A stretch of 55,132 bases of DNA from Patescibacteria group bacterium (GTDB taxonomy: Bacteria > Patescibacteriota > Minisyncoccia > Phycocordibacterales > SBAW01): the NCBI GenBank assembly GCA_028871115.1, contig JAGWOD010000004.1:1-55132 (forward strand), given 5' to 3'. Of this stretch, positions 32,906-41,171 are shown in pieces. The position numbers and the translations under genes were made by a program. A model generated the notes under the pieces. That model was not told the origin of the DNA. It did not search any database and saw nothing but the letters and a program-made list of their open reading frames with translations. Position 1 is the stretch's first letter. Every line of letters begins with the position of its first letter.

Positions 32906-33652
32906 TTATTCTGCTTCTTCCCGAAGAAGTTTCTCCGCATGGAGAAAATCATATGGAAGTGGCGCCTCAAAGGTGACTTGCTTGCCACTCTCGGGATGCA
33001 CGAAGGAAAGAGAGAGCGCGTGTAGCGCCAAGCGGGAAAAATTGAGAACCGCCGGACGGTTCGGAGCGTAGAGCTCATCGCAGATAACGGGGTTTCCTAT
33101 CGAGGCGAGGTGGACTCGTATTTGGTGCGTGCGGCCTGTTTTGGGAAATACCTCGAGATAGGAGGAGGGCTCAGAGGCACCGGGAGCGCTATGGAGAATC
33201 GTACGAAATAGTGTAAGCGCCTCGCGAAGCATGCCATGGGGGCGCGAAACGCTGCGACGCGACCCTGATCCGCGAGCGCGTCCTATAGGGCGTTCAATAG
33301 ATCCTCGCTCTTCTTTGAGCGCCCCGTATACAAATGCGCGGTAGGTCTTGTGCACCTCTCGGCGCTGAAACTGTTTTTTGAGACGGACAAATGCTTGCTG
33401 CGTGCGGGCTAGGAGAAGAATCCCCGATGTTTCCCGATCAATGCGGTGCACAATGCCGGGTCGAGGTACCGTCACACCCCCCAGACGCTGCGGTTCGCCA
33501 ACCTCAGCAAGCTCGGGGAAACGGATAATAAGCCAGTCAGCGAGGGTAGGCTCTTCTTTCCCTACCGCCTTGTGGACGGGTAGTCCGGAGGGTTTATCAA
33601 TAAGAATGATGGCGTCATCTTCGTATAAGACTGTCGGCTGAGTGATATCCAT
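32906..33652 (-). CDS. RluA-family pseudouridine synthase (no S4 domain)
   Basis: HRIDRETSGILLLART catalytic Asp motif and GRTHQIRVHL. Confidence 0.9.
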   Translation of the reverse strand: MDITQPTVLYEDDAIILIDKPSGLPVHKAVGKEEPTLADWLIIRFPELAEVGEPQRLGGVTVPRPGIVHRIDRETSGILLLARTQQAFVRLKKQFQRREVHKTYRAFVYGALKEERGSIERPIGRARGSGSRRSVSRPHGMLREALTLFRTILHSAPGASEPSSYLEVFPKTGRTHQIRVHLASIGNPVICDELYAPNRPAVLNFSRLALHALSLSFVHPESGKQVTFEAPLPYDFLHAEKLLREEAE

Positions 33653-33653
33653 A

Positions 33654-34946
33654 CTAGAGAGGAGCGCCCGCGATCTGCATCAAAAGGACAATATTGAGTC
33701 CGAGCACCGCAGCACCCGCGAGACCTGCGAAAGTATTGATGATAGGTCCGTTGGCAAATACCCCCATGACCGCGCGGCGGGAAGTAAGAATAAGAAGCGA
33801 AACAATAGGTATAGGCAGAACAAGGCTCAGTACCACCTGGCTTATGATAAGCGCCTGTGTGGCATTCACCCCCATAAGAACTACCACAAACGCAGGGATA
33901 ATCATGACGAGGCGCCGCACCCACAGCGGTATGGAGAAGTGGGTAAAATCTTGCATGATGGTCTGCCCCGCCATAGTGCCCACCACTGAACTTGAGAGAC
34001 CGGAGGCAAGAAGCGAGAGAAGGAAAATACCCGCCGCCCCAACACCCATGAGCGGCATGAGCGTCTGGTAGGCGCTTCCAATATCGGCAACATTTTGGTG
34101 GCCACTGAAATAGAAAACAGCGGCCGACATCGCGAGCATAGCCATATTCACTAGCCCTGCGACCCCGAGCGCTGCAAGCACTTCACCATTTGAATACCAC
34201 AATACCCGCCGACGCTCGGCGTCAGAGCGCGTTGGAATACGATTACGAGCAAGACTCGAGTGAAGATATATCGCATGGGGCATAACAGTCGCACCGATGA
34301 TGCTCACCGCAAGGAGGAGACTTCCCTCTCCGGGGAGCTGTGGGGCAACAGAATGGAACAGGAACGATCCCCAATCAGGACGGCTGAGTAGTATTTCGGC
34401 AAGGTAACTGAGGCTGATGATTGACACAAATGCGCCGATCACAATCTCCATGGGCCTAAATCCATATCCTTGAAGATGCAAAATGCCGTAGGTGATAAGT
34501 GCAACGATCGCGAGAGCCCATAGAAGCGGCAACCCAAAGAGGATGGAGAGTCCGACGGCCCCGCCCACGGTTTCTGCAAGATCGGTCGCCATGGCTGCTA
34601 TCTCGCTCGCCGCCCAGATGCAATAGACAAGCGGCCGGGGAAACCGATTCCGTATTTCCTCTGCGAGAGAGCGCCCCGTCACAATCCCGAGTTTTGCGGA
34701 AAGTGCCTGAAAGAGCATGGCAATGACGTTAGCGAGAAGCACCACCCACAACAGCGCGTAGCCGTAGTGCGCCCCGGATTGAATGTTGGTGGCAAAATTG
34801 CCCGGATCCATGTAGGCAATCGAAGCAATAATGGCAGGGCCAAGAAACGGGAGCCACCCTCTCAGTCCCCCCACTCTTCCTTCAAGGACCGCCTGTCCTG
34901 CAGTGGCGGTGCGCTCAGACCATTGTTGTATGGAATGTTTGTTCAT
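33654..34946 (-). CDS. mntH: NRAMP-family divalent metal (Mn2+/Fe2+) transporter
   Basis: AYMDPGNFATNIQSGAHYGYALLWVVLLANVIAMLFQALSAKLGIVTG. 430 aa, about 11 TM helices. Confidence 0.9.
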   Translation of the reverse strand: MNKHSIQQWSERTATAGQAVLEGRVGGLRGWLPFLGPAIIASIAYMDPGNFATNIQSGAHYGYALLWVVLLANVIAMLFQALSAKLGIVTGRSLAEEIRNRFPRPLVYCIWAASEIAAMATDLAETVGGAVGLSILFGLPLLWALAIVALITYGILHLQGYGFRPMEIVIGAFVSIISLSYLAEILLSRPDWGSFLFHSVAPQLPGEGSLLLAVSIIGATVMPHAIYLHSSLARNRIPTRSDAERRRVLWYSNGEVLAALGVAGLVNMAMLAMSAAVFYFSGHQNVADIGSAYQTLMPLMGVGAAGIFLLSLLASGLSSSVVGTMAGQTIMQDFTHFSIPLWVRRLVMIIPAFVVVLMGVNATQALIISQVVLSLVLPIPIVSLLILTSRRAVMGVFANGPIINTFAGLAGAAVLGLNIVLLMQIAGAPL

Positions 34947-34957
34947 ACGCTCCTCTC

Positions 34958-35033
34958 TGGTGCGCGCTGCAGGACTCGAACCTGCGACCTACCCGGTGTA
35001 AACGGGTTGCTCTACCAACTGAGCTAAGCGCGC
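34958..35033 (-). tRNA. tRNA-Val (anticodon TAC), CCA encoded
   Basis: GCGCGCT-TA-GCTC-AGTTGGTA-GAGC, anticodon stem-loop ACCCG-TTTACAC-CGGGT, T-arm GCAGG-TTCGAGT-CCTGC, AGCGCGC-A-CCA. Confidence 0.9.
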
Positions 35034-35034
35034 G

Positions 35035-35106
35035 CGCCCCTGCCAGGATTCGAACCCAGATCAACGCCTTAGAAGAGCGCTGCTCTATCCATTGAGCTAC
35101 AGGGGC
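35035..35106 (-). tRNA. tRNA-Arg (anticodon TCT)
   Basis: Acceptor GCCCCTG/CAGGGGC, D-arm GCTC-AATGGATA-GAGC, anticodon loop CTTCTAA. The T-stem has two tandem G-U pairs. No CCA. The 3' end lies 1 nt from the tRNA-Val 5' end. Confidence 0.8.
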
Positions 35107-35149
35107 ACTTCCACGCTACACCAAAACGCGAGGGATAAAAAGCGAAGCG

Positions 35150-35488
35150 CTACTGTGCAGGGTCGAGTGCAGCAGGAGCGTGCGCGAGAAGCGCTTGATA
35201 TTGCGCGGCCTGCGATTGATAGGTAGTGAGTACCCCCGAGAGCTGCGAGGCGCTGGGGCCGGGAGAAAGGGTCCCTACAGATCCCTGCTCTCCCCCTGAG
35301 GCGGTTTCTTCAACCGAAAGATACGCAACTGCCGAGAGCCCGGCAAACACAAGAAGAAGAATGAGAAATGTGACAAAGATCACGTGCCAGTCTCGATGCG
35401 GTTCTGCAATGGGGCCGTGACAAGTATCACGCGGCCGGCTCCGGTGGGTACCGATAAACTGGGTCATGGTTTGAAGAACGTCTTTCAT
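35150..35488 (-). CDS. Single-pass membrane protein, last gene of the pilM/N/O-like string (hypothetical)
   Basis: Start at Met16 of the track ORF (MKDVLQTM...), forming an ATGA overlap with the upstream stop. One TM helix (VIFVTFLILLLVFAGLSAVAYL). Confidence 0.55.
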   Translation of the reverse strand: MKDVLQTMTQFIGTHRSRPRDTCHGPIAEPHRDWHVIFVTFLILLLVFAGLSAVAYLSVEETASGGEQGSVGTLSPGPSASQLSGVLTTYQSQAAQYQALLAHAPAALDPAQ

Positions 35489-36033
35489 GGTGTGTCGAAG
35501 GAGAGCACGGAGAAGGAAAGGGTGCCGTTCCATGTTTTGGCCGTCGGATCATACTGGAGCGAGAGCGCTGATATTGAAGAACTTACCGGTTGCGTCTCAA
35601 GAAGTCCGATGAAGCGCATAATTTGTGTATAGCTCCCAGAGAAAGCGATGGTGAGTGAGAGCGAGCCTGGAGTCGCACTCTTGGACGGGGTAGCACTCAC
35701 CGCAGTAATTTCGCTTTGAGTTCCCGAAAGTACCCCGAGGTGCTCCACTTCCGCGATAAAGGCCGCGCCTTGCCCTGACGGTATGGGAAGTGTGGCAAGG
35801 GTTTGGCGCTGTGAGCGAGTTTGCTCGGCAAGCGTGTTGGCGTTTTGAAGTGCCTCCTCCTGTCCAATGGTACCGGAGAGTGTACTCGCTGCTTCCCCTG
35901 CGGCGCCCTCTGCAGAAAGTACCTGATACCCAACGATACAGAAGAACGCAAGCGCGAGAAGAGCGACGATGCTTGCGAATACGAGGTGCGCCATAGCGCT
36001 TTGTCTGCCGAAAGTGTTGTGGGAGGGATGCAT
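35485..36033 (-). CDS. PilO-like type IV pilus assembly protein (tentative)
   Basis: N-terminal TM helix, a coiled segment, then a ferredoxin-like C-terminus (LSLTIAFSGSYTQIMRFIGLLETQ). Positioned after pilN. Confidence 0.6.
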   Translation of the reverse strand: MHPSHNTFGRQSAMAHLVFASIVALLALAFFCIVGYQVLSAEGAAGEAASTLSGTIGQEEALQNANTLAEQTRSQRQTLATLPIPSGQGAAFIAEVEHLGVLSGTQSEITAVSATPSKSATPGSLSLTIAFSGSYTQIMRFIGLLETQPVSSSISALSLQYDPTAKTWNGTLSFSVLSFDTP

Positions 36034-36036
36034 AGG

Positions 36037-36606
36037 TTATTTACTTGAAGCACTGGGCGGGCTCCACGACACAGTGAGCGCGAAATCGATGTTCTGTGAG
36101 GCGGCGAGAGAATCTATAGGAAGATTAACGGCGCTCACTCCGGGAGCATTGGTAAGCTCATCTTTGAATGCGAGGAGATCATCGCGTGTATCTGCAACTC
36201 CCGATATATTGATCGTAAGCATCGCGGTCGAACCCGTGAGGGCAACAGGGCCATAGTTGAGGTAGCGCACCGAAATGCCTCTGGATGTATTTGAAAAAAG
36301 GTCGCTCAGAATCACCGTCGGCTCTGGGTAGTCCAATTGTTGTCGAACAGACGAGAAAATAGAGGCTGTGGCCTTCTCATCTTGGGAAGCTTTCGCGAGC
36401 GTGGGTTGCGAGAGAGTCTCCTGCGTAATTGCACTTTGATCATCGAGGGATGTGCGTGTTACCCACGCAAGAAAATAGGACGGAAGCAAGAGCGCAGCGC
36501 CAACAATAAGCGCGAAGGCCAAGGTAAATAACGCAACTGATGTGAGTCGGAGACGATACTCCAGAGTGATATGCTCGCGGGCTCCGGAAGGAAGAAGATT
36601 CACCAT
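36037..36606 (-). CDS. pilN: PilN-like type IV pilus assembly protein
   Basis: MVNLLPSGARE (the conserved INLLP-type N-terminus that binds PilM), then a single TM helix. Overlaps pilM by 7 nt. Confidence 0.7.
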   Translation of the reverse strand: MVNLLPSGAREHITLEYRLRLTSVALFTLAFALIVGAALLLPSYFLAWVTRTSLDDQSAITQETLSQPTLAKASQDEKATASIFSSVRQQLDYPEPTVILSDLFSNTSRGISVRYLNYGPVALTGSTAMLTINISGVADTRDDLLAFKDELTNAPGVSAVNLPIDSLAASQNIDFALTVSWSPPSASSK

Positions 36607-37724
36607 ATGGCTCTCTCGAGGGCGCGCTCAGCAAGACCGATGACCGTTGCATATCTCAGCGACTCGAAGCGCGGAATTGGAGGAACAACCCCTTCGCCGC
36701 CGAGCGCGGGGCGCAGGTCGGCAGCAGCGGCAGGGAGCCCCACGGTGCGGGCTAAGTACTCAGAGAGGCCGAGCATATTAGCGTTGCCGCCGTAGAGGAT
36801 AATCGAGGAAAGTTTCTCACGTCGCTCCCCTTTTTGCGTGCGAGATTGCCAGTAGACCATGACTTTTCCAATTGAGGAGGCGAGCGCGCCGGCGGTTGTC
36901 GAAAAAAGTGGTGCGGAGACGCCTTCAGGGGCGAGTCCTTCCTCGAACTTTATTCTCTCAAGCTCGCCTTCTATCTTCTCCTGGGGAATCCCAGCCGCCG
37001 CTGCCCGTTTGCGCAGCCCTTCGTCAAGCGCGAGCGTTCCTTCAGCAGAGGTAGCGAAACGCACGACACCATTTTGCATGATGGAGAGCACGCTTTTGTG
37101 GACTCCGAAATCGATAAGTAGGTGCGCTCCTGAAGCTTTTGCATGCTGGGCAAGCGCCCGACCTGCGGCCTGAGGTTCAAGCTCAAAGGAGAGCGGAGAG
37201 AACCCGCCCTCAGCGAGGGCTTCGACATAGGACTGCGCGGCGACTTCAGGGAATGCGGTGACGACGAGCGAGCGAGTAAACTCGTCGCTCTCCGAGCGAA
37301 CAGTTTCGCAGTCATATACCACCTCCGCAGGCGAGAGCGGCACATATTCCGGAAGCGCGATTGCAATACGGTCGCTAAGAGGTGTGTCGTCCTTGGGAAG
37401 GACGAGGTCGAAGAGATATCCTTTCTGTTCAGGAAGAGCAACATGCGCGAATGAAAAGCCGCAGCTTTTGCGCACCGCTCGCAGTGCCTCAGTGAGAGCC
37501 CCTTTATTGCGAATCTCGCCCGAGATCACTGCCTCGGAGGGAAGCGGGTGCTCGCCGAAGGAGAGAACCCTCGGGCGCTCACTGCGATCGTCGAACCGCA
37601 AGTATTTTATGGTGTGGCCAGAGATCTCGATACCGCCGCTTCCCATAGAAAGAAGCTTCGGCACCGGAAAGATTCTCGGAAAAAGGCGTGCCGCCATACT
37701 AGAGAGTAGTATACCGCGCCTCAA
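36600..37724 (-). CDS. pilM: PilM-like actin-fold type IV pilus assembly ATPase-like protein
   Basis: GIEISGHTIKYLRF, LLIDFGVHKSVLSIMQNGVVRFATS and IILYGGNANMLGLSEYLARTVGLP. Confidence 0.85.
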   Translation of the reverse strand: MRRGILLSSMAARLFPRIFPVPKLLSMGSGGIEISGHTIKYLRFDDRSERPRVLSFGEHPLPSEAVISGEIRNKGALTEALRAVRKSCGFSFAHVALPEQKGYLFDLVLPKDDTPLSDRIAIALPEYVPLSPAEVVYDCETVRSESDEFTRSLVVTAFPEVAAQSYVEALAEGGFSPLSFELEPQAAGRALAQHAKASGAHLLIDFGVHKSVLSIMQNGVVRFATSAEGTLALDEGLRKRAAAAGIPQEKIEGELERIKFEEGLAPEGVSAPLFSTTAGALASSIGKVMVYWQSRTQKGERREKLSSIILYGGNANMLGLSEYLARTVGLPAAAADLRPALGGEGVVPPIPRFESLRYATVIGLAERALERAIW

Positions 37725-37736
37725 TGAAAGGAATGG

Positions 37737-38354
37737 CTACAGAATGCCGCCGAACAGGAACGCGTGGAGAAGGAAATATAGAACAAGCGCAATCACAAGC
37801 GCCGCAAGGATCTCGAAGTAGCGGCGCACGATATTGAGGATATGAATACCCCAGCGGTTCACGAGCCATGCGACAAGCCCGAAGCGCAATGCCCGGCCCA
37901 AAAAGAAACCGGCGATGTAGGGGAGGAAGGGTACATGGAGGAATCCCGCAAGAATAATGAATACCTTGTCGGGGATGGGCGAGAACATGAGAAAGAGCAT
38001 GACGAAGAACACATTACCCGCGAGAAGATGTTGCACGACGTGGAACCATTGATGGAGCCCGTAGCGCGTGAGGAGAAATACACCAAATTCCCTAAAAAGA
38101 AATGCACCGACGGAGTAGCCTACGATGCCCCCGAGTGTTGAAGCAATCGTTGTTATTGCTGCATATTTCTTCCAGTAGTGCGGACCGGCGAGAATCATTG
38201 CAACCATAAGACTCTCTGGAGCGATAGGTACAAAGATCGGCTCAAGAAACGAAAGGAGAATGAGCCACGCTATAGCATGGCGACCGTGAGCACGGGCGGA
38301 GAACCACTCCCACCCCGACAACTGTGGTTGTTCTTCTCTTGCAGCCATATGCAT
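37737..38354 (-). CDS. YqaA/DedA-family (SNARE-associated) membrane protein
   Basis: LLSFLEPIFVPIAPESLMVAMIL...TIASTLGGIVGYSVGAFLF. Confidence 0.8.
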   Translation of the reverse strand: MHMAAREEQPQLSGWEWFSARAHGRHAIAWLILLSFLEPIFVPIAPESLMVAMILAGPHYWKKYAAITTIASTLGGIVGYSVGAFLFREFGVFLLTRYGLHQWFHVVQHLLAGNVFFVMLFLMFSPIPDKVFIILAGFLHVPFLPYIAGFFLGRALRFGLVAWLVNRWGIHILNIVRRYFEILAALVIALVLYFLLHAFLFGGIL

Positions 38355-38716
38355 CAGCGCACGCGTGCGCCAGGGCTGGCGCCTGTGGCTTCAAGAAGCG
38401 CGAAGGTCCCATCCTCCCCGCTTGCAGCAAGGATCATGCCATCGCTTTCAAGCCCTCGTATAGTGCGTGGTTTGAGATTGTAGGCGAACGCTACCCGCCT
38501 GCCAACAAGCGCCTGGGGATCAGGAAAATATGCCGAAATTCCTGAAACTATTTGACGCTCTTCCGAACCCCCGAAGTACACCCGCAAGCGCAAAAGCTTA
38601 TCCGCATTTTCGATCTTTTCAGCCGAGCGGATCTCCCCTACCCGTATTTCAGCACGCTTAAATGCATCGATGTCTATTTTGCCTTCTTGAGGCAGATTCT
38701 CCTGGGAGGATTCCAT
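38354..38716 (-). CDS. Free-standing tRNA-binding domain protein (Trbp111/CsaA/EMAP-like OB fold)
   Basis: IDAFKRAEIRVGEIRSAEKIENADKLLRLRVYFGG...RQIVSGISAYF...LVGRRVAFAYNLKPRTIRGLESDGMILAA. Confidence 0.85.
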   Translation of the reverse strand: MESSQENLPQEGKIDIDAFKRAEIRVGEIRSAEKIENADKLLRLRVYFGGSEERQIVSGISAYFPDPQALVGRRVAFAYNLKPRTIRGLESDGMILAASGEDGTFALLEATGASPGARVR

Positions 38717-38720
38717 TCCG

Positions 38721-39143
38721 TTATTCTACCCTTCCCCGCTTGTCGAGAAAACTCTGGAGAATGAGCGCGGCAGCTGAAGCATCATCGGGTCCGTTTTTGC
38801 GCTCTCCCCTGCCGCGAGTATTGGCAATAGGAGATGTTGCCCCTCCGGGAGGCCGCTGTGCAGCGATGCTTGTCATAAATTCAGGTTCGAAAAAGATAGG
38901 GCAAGTACCTTCAAGAACTGCCGCGAAGGAGCGTATATGTTGCATGATGGGATTTTCCTTTCCCTTGAGATCTTTTGACTCGCCAATGACAACGCCTGTG
39001 ATTCCCCGCTCTTTGATGAGCGTAGCCACCCGTTCAAGTGCTTCCCGCTCCGGCACTATTTCAAGAGGAAATGCCACACGTTCACCCTCATCGGAGAGTG
39101 CGATGCCGACACGCTTCTTTCCCCAGTCGATTCCGATATACAT
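38721..39143 (-). CDS. ruvX: Holliday junction resolvase-like RuvX/YqgF
   Basis: MYIGIDWGKKRVGIALSDE... with the C-terminal DDASAAALILQSFLD. Confidence 0.9.
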   Translation of the reverse strand: MYIGIDWGKKRVGIALSDEGERVAFPLEIVPEREALERVATLIKERGITGVVIGESKDLKGKENPIMQHIRSFAAVLEGTCPIFFEPEFMTSIAAQRPPGGATSPIANTRGRGERKNGPDDASAAALILQSFLDKRGRVE

Positions 39144-39192
39144 GCCCCCACCTTATATAAGAAGAGAAAAAAATGCTATAAGCTAGAGCAAC

Positions 39193-39277
39193 GGTGGGGT
39201 GGCCGAGTGGTTTAAGGCAGCGGTCTTGAAAACCGCCACGCCGAAAGGCGTCGTGAGTTCGAATCTCACCCCCACCG
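39193..39277 (+). tRNA. tRNA-Ser (anticodon TGA), long variable arm
   Basis: Acceptor GGTGGGG/CCCCACC, anticodon stem-loop GCGGT-CTTGAAA-ACCGC, long variable arm, T-arm GTGAG-TTCGAAT-CTCAC, G73. No CCA. Confidence 0.9.
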
Positions 39278-39292
39278 CAGGTTGGTTCTACT

Positions 39293-39802
39293 ATGAATAT
39301 CACACTCATTGGAATGCCAGGTTCGGGGAAGTCATTCATCGGCAAGAAACTTGCCGATCAGCTAGGATTTAGCTTGGTTGAAGCAGATAAAATAATCGAG
39401 CAGGAATTTAATCTGCCACTGCAACAGGTGGTCGAAAAACTGGGGAGCGACGTGTTCTTGGACAAGGAAGCAGAGACTGTAATAAAAAGTACCGACGGCC
39501 GAAATAATTTTGTGGTGTCTCCCGGTGGCAGCATTGTCTATAGACTGAACGCGATAAATCATCTGAAAAAGATTTCCAAAGTATTTTATTTGGAGGTATC
39601 GCTCAAAGTACTCAAGGGTAGGATTGGGGATGTTCCCCGTGGCATCGTAAACGCCGAAAACAAAACTTTCGCTGATTTGTATGCTGAACGAGCGCCTCTC
39701 TACAAAAAATTTGCTGACTACGTAGTGAACGGCGATCTTGATTCTGAAACTGTCATTGAAAAAATTTTGCTAGCTACAGAGCCAAGTGCTTCAGTTGTTT
39801 GA
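39293..39802 (+). CDS. Shikimate kinase-like P-loop kinase
   Basis: MNITLIGMPGSGKSFIGKKLADQLGFSLVEADKIIEQ. 169 aa. Markedly A/T-rich: seven hand-counted 60-nt lines average about 43% G+C. Confidence 0.7.
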   Translation: MNITLIGMPGSGKSFIGKKLADQLGFSLVEADKIIEQEFNLPLQQVVEKLGSDVFLDKEAETVIKSTDGRNNFVVSPGGSIVYRLNAINHLKKISKVFYLEVSLKVLKGRIGDVPRGIVNAENKTFADLYAERAPLYKKFADYVVNGDLDSETVIEKILLATEPSASVV

Positions 39803-39856
39803 CCAGTAAACTGAGGTTTCAATTATTTTCATGTGGAGGGGTATAGTATAAATACA

Positions 39857-40582
39857 ATGAGTAAAAACATCACTATCAAAGGCGCGAATGTCTACCATTC
39901 ATATCCGGAGAGTGACACAAAAGGTCCCGGGCTCATTCTTATTGAGGAGATCTGGGGAGTAAATGATCATATTAAAAATGTCGCTGACCGGTTTGCCAAA
40001 GAAGGCTACCGCGTCCTTGCACCGGAACTCTTGCCCGAGGGCCTGCTCGAACAGCTGACTCCACAGGTACAGAAAGATCTCTTCGATCCGGAAAAACGCA
40101 ACGAGGTACAACCGAAACTGCGTGCGGCGATGCAGCCTATCATGCAGCCGGAATATGCGCGGAGTACTCTTGAGATTCTCGTATCTTGTATCGACTATCT
40201 ACTCATCGATCCGCACGTGAGCAAAAAGGTTGGAGTCGTTGGGTTCTGCTTCGGTGGTACATACAGTTTCCACCTTGCGGCAAGCGATTCGCGTATACAA
40301 GCGGCAGTGCCCTTCTACGGCCAGTCGCCGGCTCAGGAGGAAATTGCAGGTATCAATTGTCCTATCCTCGCCTTCTACGGCGATCAAGACGCTAATCTCA
40401 TGCAGACGCTTCCAAACTTCAAGGAAGAAATGAAAAAACAGAAGAAATCATTTGAAGCTATCGTCTATGAGGGCATGGGGCATGCGTTTTTCAACGATAC
40501 GAATTCACGCACATATAACGCCCGCGTAGCACAGGATGCTTGGGGAAAGACACTCGCTTTCCTTGCCAAACATCTTTCCTAA
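39857..40582 (+). CDS. Dienelactone hydrolase-family alpha/beta hydrolase
   Basis: GPGLILIEEIWGVNDHIKNVADRFAKEGYRVLAPEL, the nucleophile elbow GFCFGG and GMGHAF. An alternative GTG start at 39833 is possible. Confidence 0.8.
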   Translation: MSKNITIKGANVYHSYPESDTKGPGLILIEEIWGVNDHIKNVADRFAKEGYRVLAPELLPEGLLEQLTPQVQKDLFDPEKRNEVQPKLRAAMQPIMQPEYARSTLEILVSCIDYLLIDPHVSKKVGVVGFCFGGTYSFHLAASDSRIQAAVPFYGQSPAQEEIAGINCPILAFYGDQDANLMQTLPNFKEEMKKQKKSFEAIVYEGMGHAFFNDTNSRTYNARVAQDAWGKTLAFLAKHLS

Positions 40583-40592
40583 AAGAAACGTG

Positions 40593-41141
40593 ATGCGAAA
40601 GAGCGTTACGAAGAAACACGTTTTGTTCACTGTCGGACATTCAACAAGAACAATCAAGGAATTTATTACTTTGCTCAAGGCCCATGGGGTTGAGACTGTA
40701 GCCGACATTCGCACTATCCCCCGCTCACGTCATAATCCACAATTCAATGAAAATCGCTTGCATAACTCACTTGAGAAGATAGAAATAAAGTACGTACATC
40801 TGGAGACTCTCGGCGGATTGCGCCATACAAAAAAAGATTCCAAAAATACAGGCTGGAGAAATGCATCCTTCCGGGGATATGCCGACTACATGGCTACTCC
40901 CGAATTTACTTCGGGCCTGCAAACTCTAGAGAAACTAGCAGAAAAAAGCACGACCGCAATTATGTGCGCAGAAGCACTCCCCTGGCGATGCCACCGATCG
41001 CTTGTCGGCGATGCGCTGAGCAAGCGAGGTTGGAGCGTTTACGACATTATGAGCGAGAGCAATGCTCCCAAACACCGTACAACACCTTTTCTCAAAGTAC
41101 GCGCAGGAGTGCTCATCTATCCCGCTCCCAAAGCCGCATAA
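40593..41141 (+). CDS. DUF488-domain protein
   Basis: LFTVGHSTRTIKEFITLLKAHGVETVADIRTIPRSRHNPQFN...YVHLETLGGLR...MCAEALPWRCHRSLV. Start taken at Met20 of the track ORF. Confidence 0.8.
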   Translation: MRKSVTKKHVLFTVGHSTRTIKEFITLLKAHGVETVADIRTIPRSRHNPQFNENRLHNSLEKIEIKYVHLETLGGLRHTKKDSKNTGWRNASFRGYADYMATPEFTSGLQTLEKLAEKSTTAIMCAEALPWRCHRSLVGDALSKRGWSVYDIMSESNAPKHRTTPFLKVRAGVLIYPAPKAA

Positions 41142-41171
41142 GTACGAAAGGCCGGTGGTATACTTTGCTCA

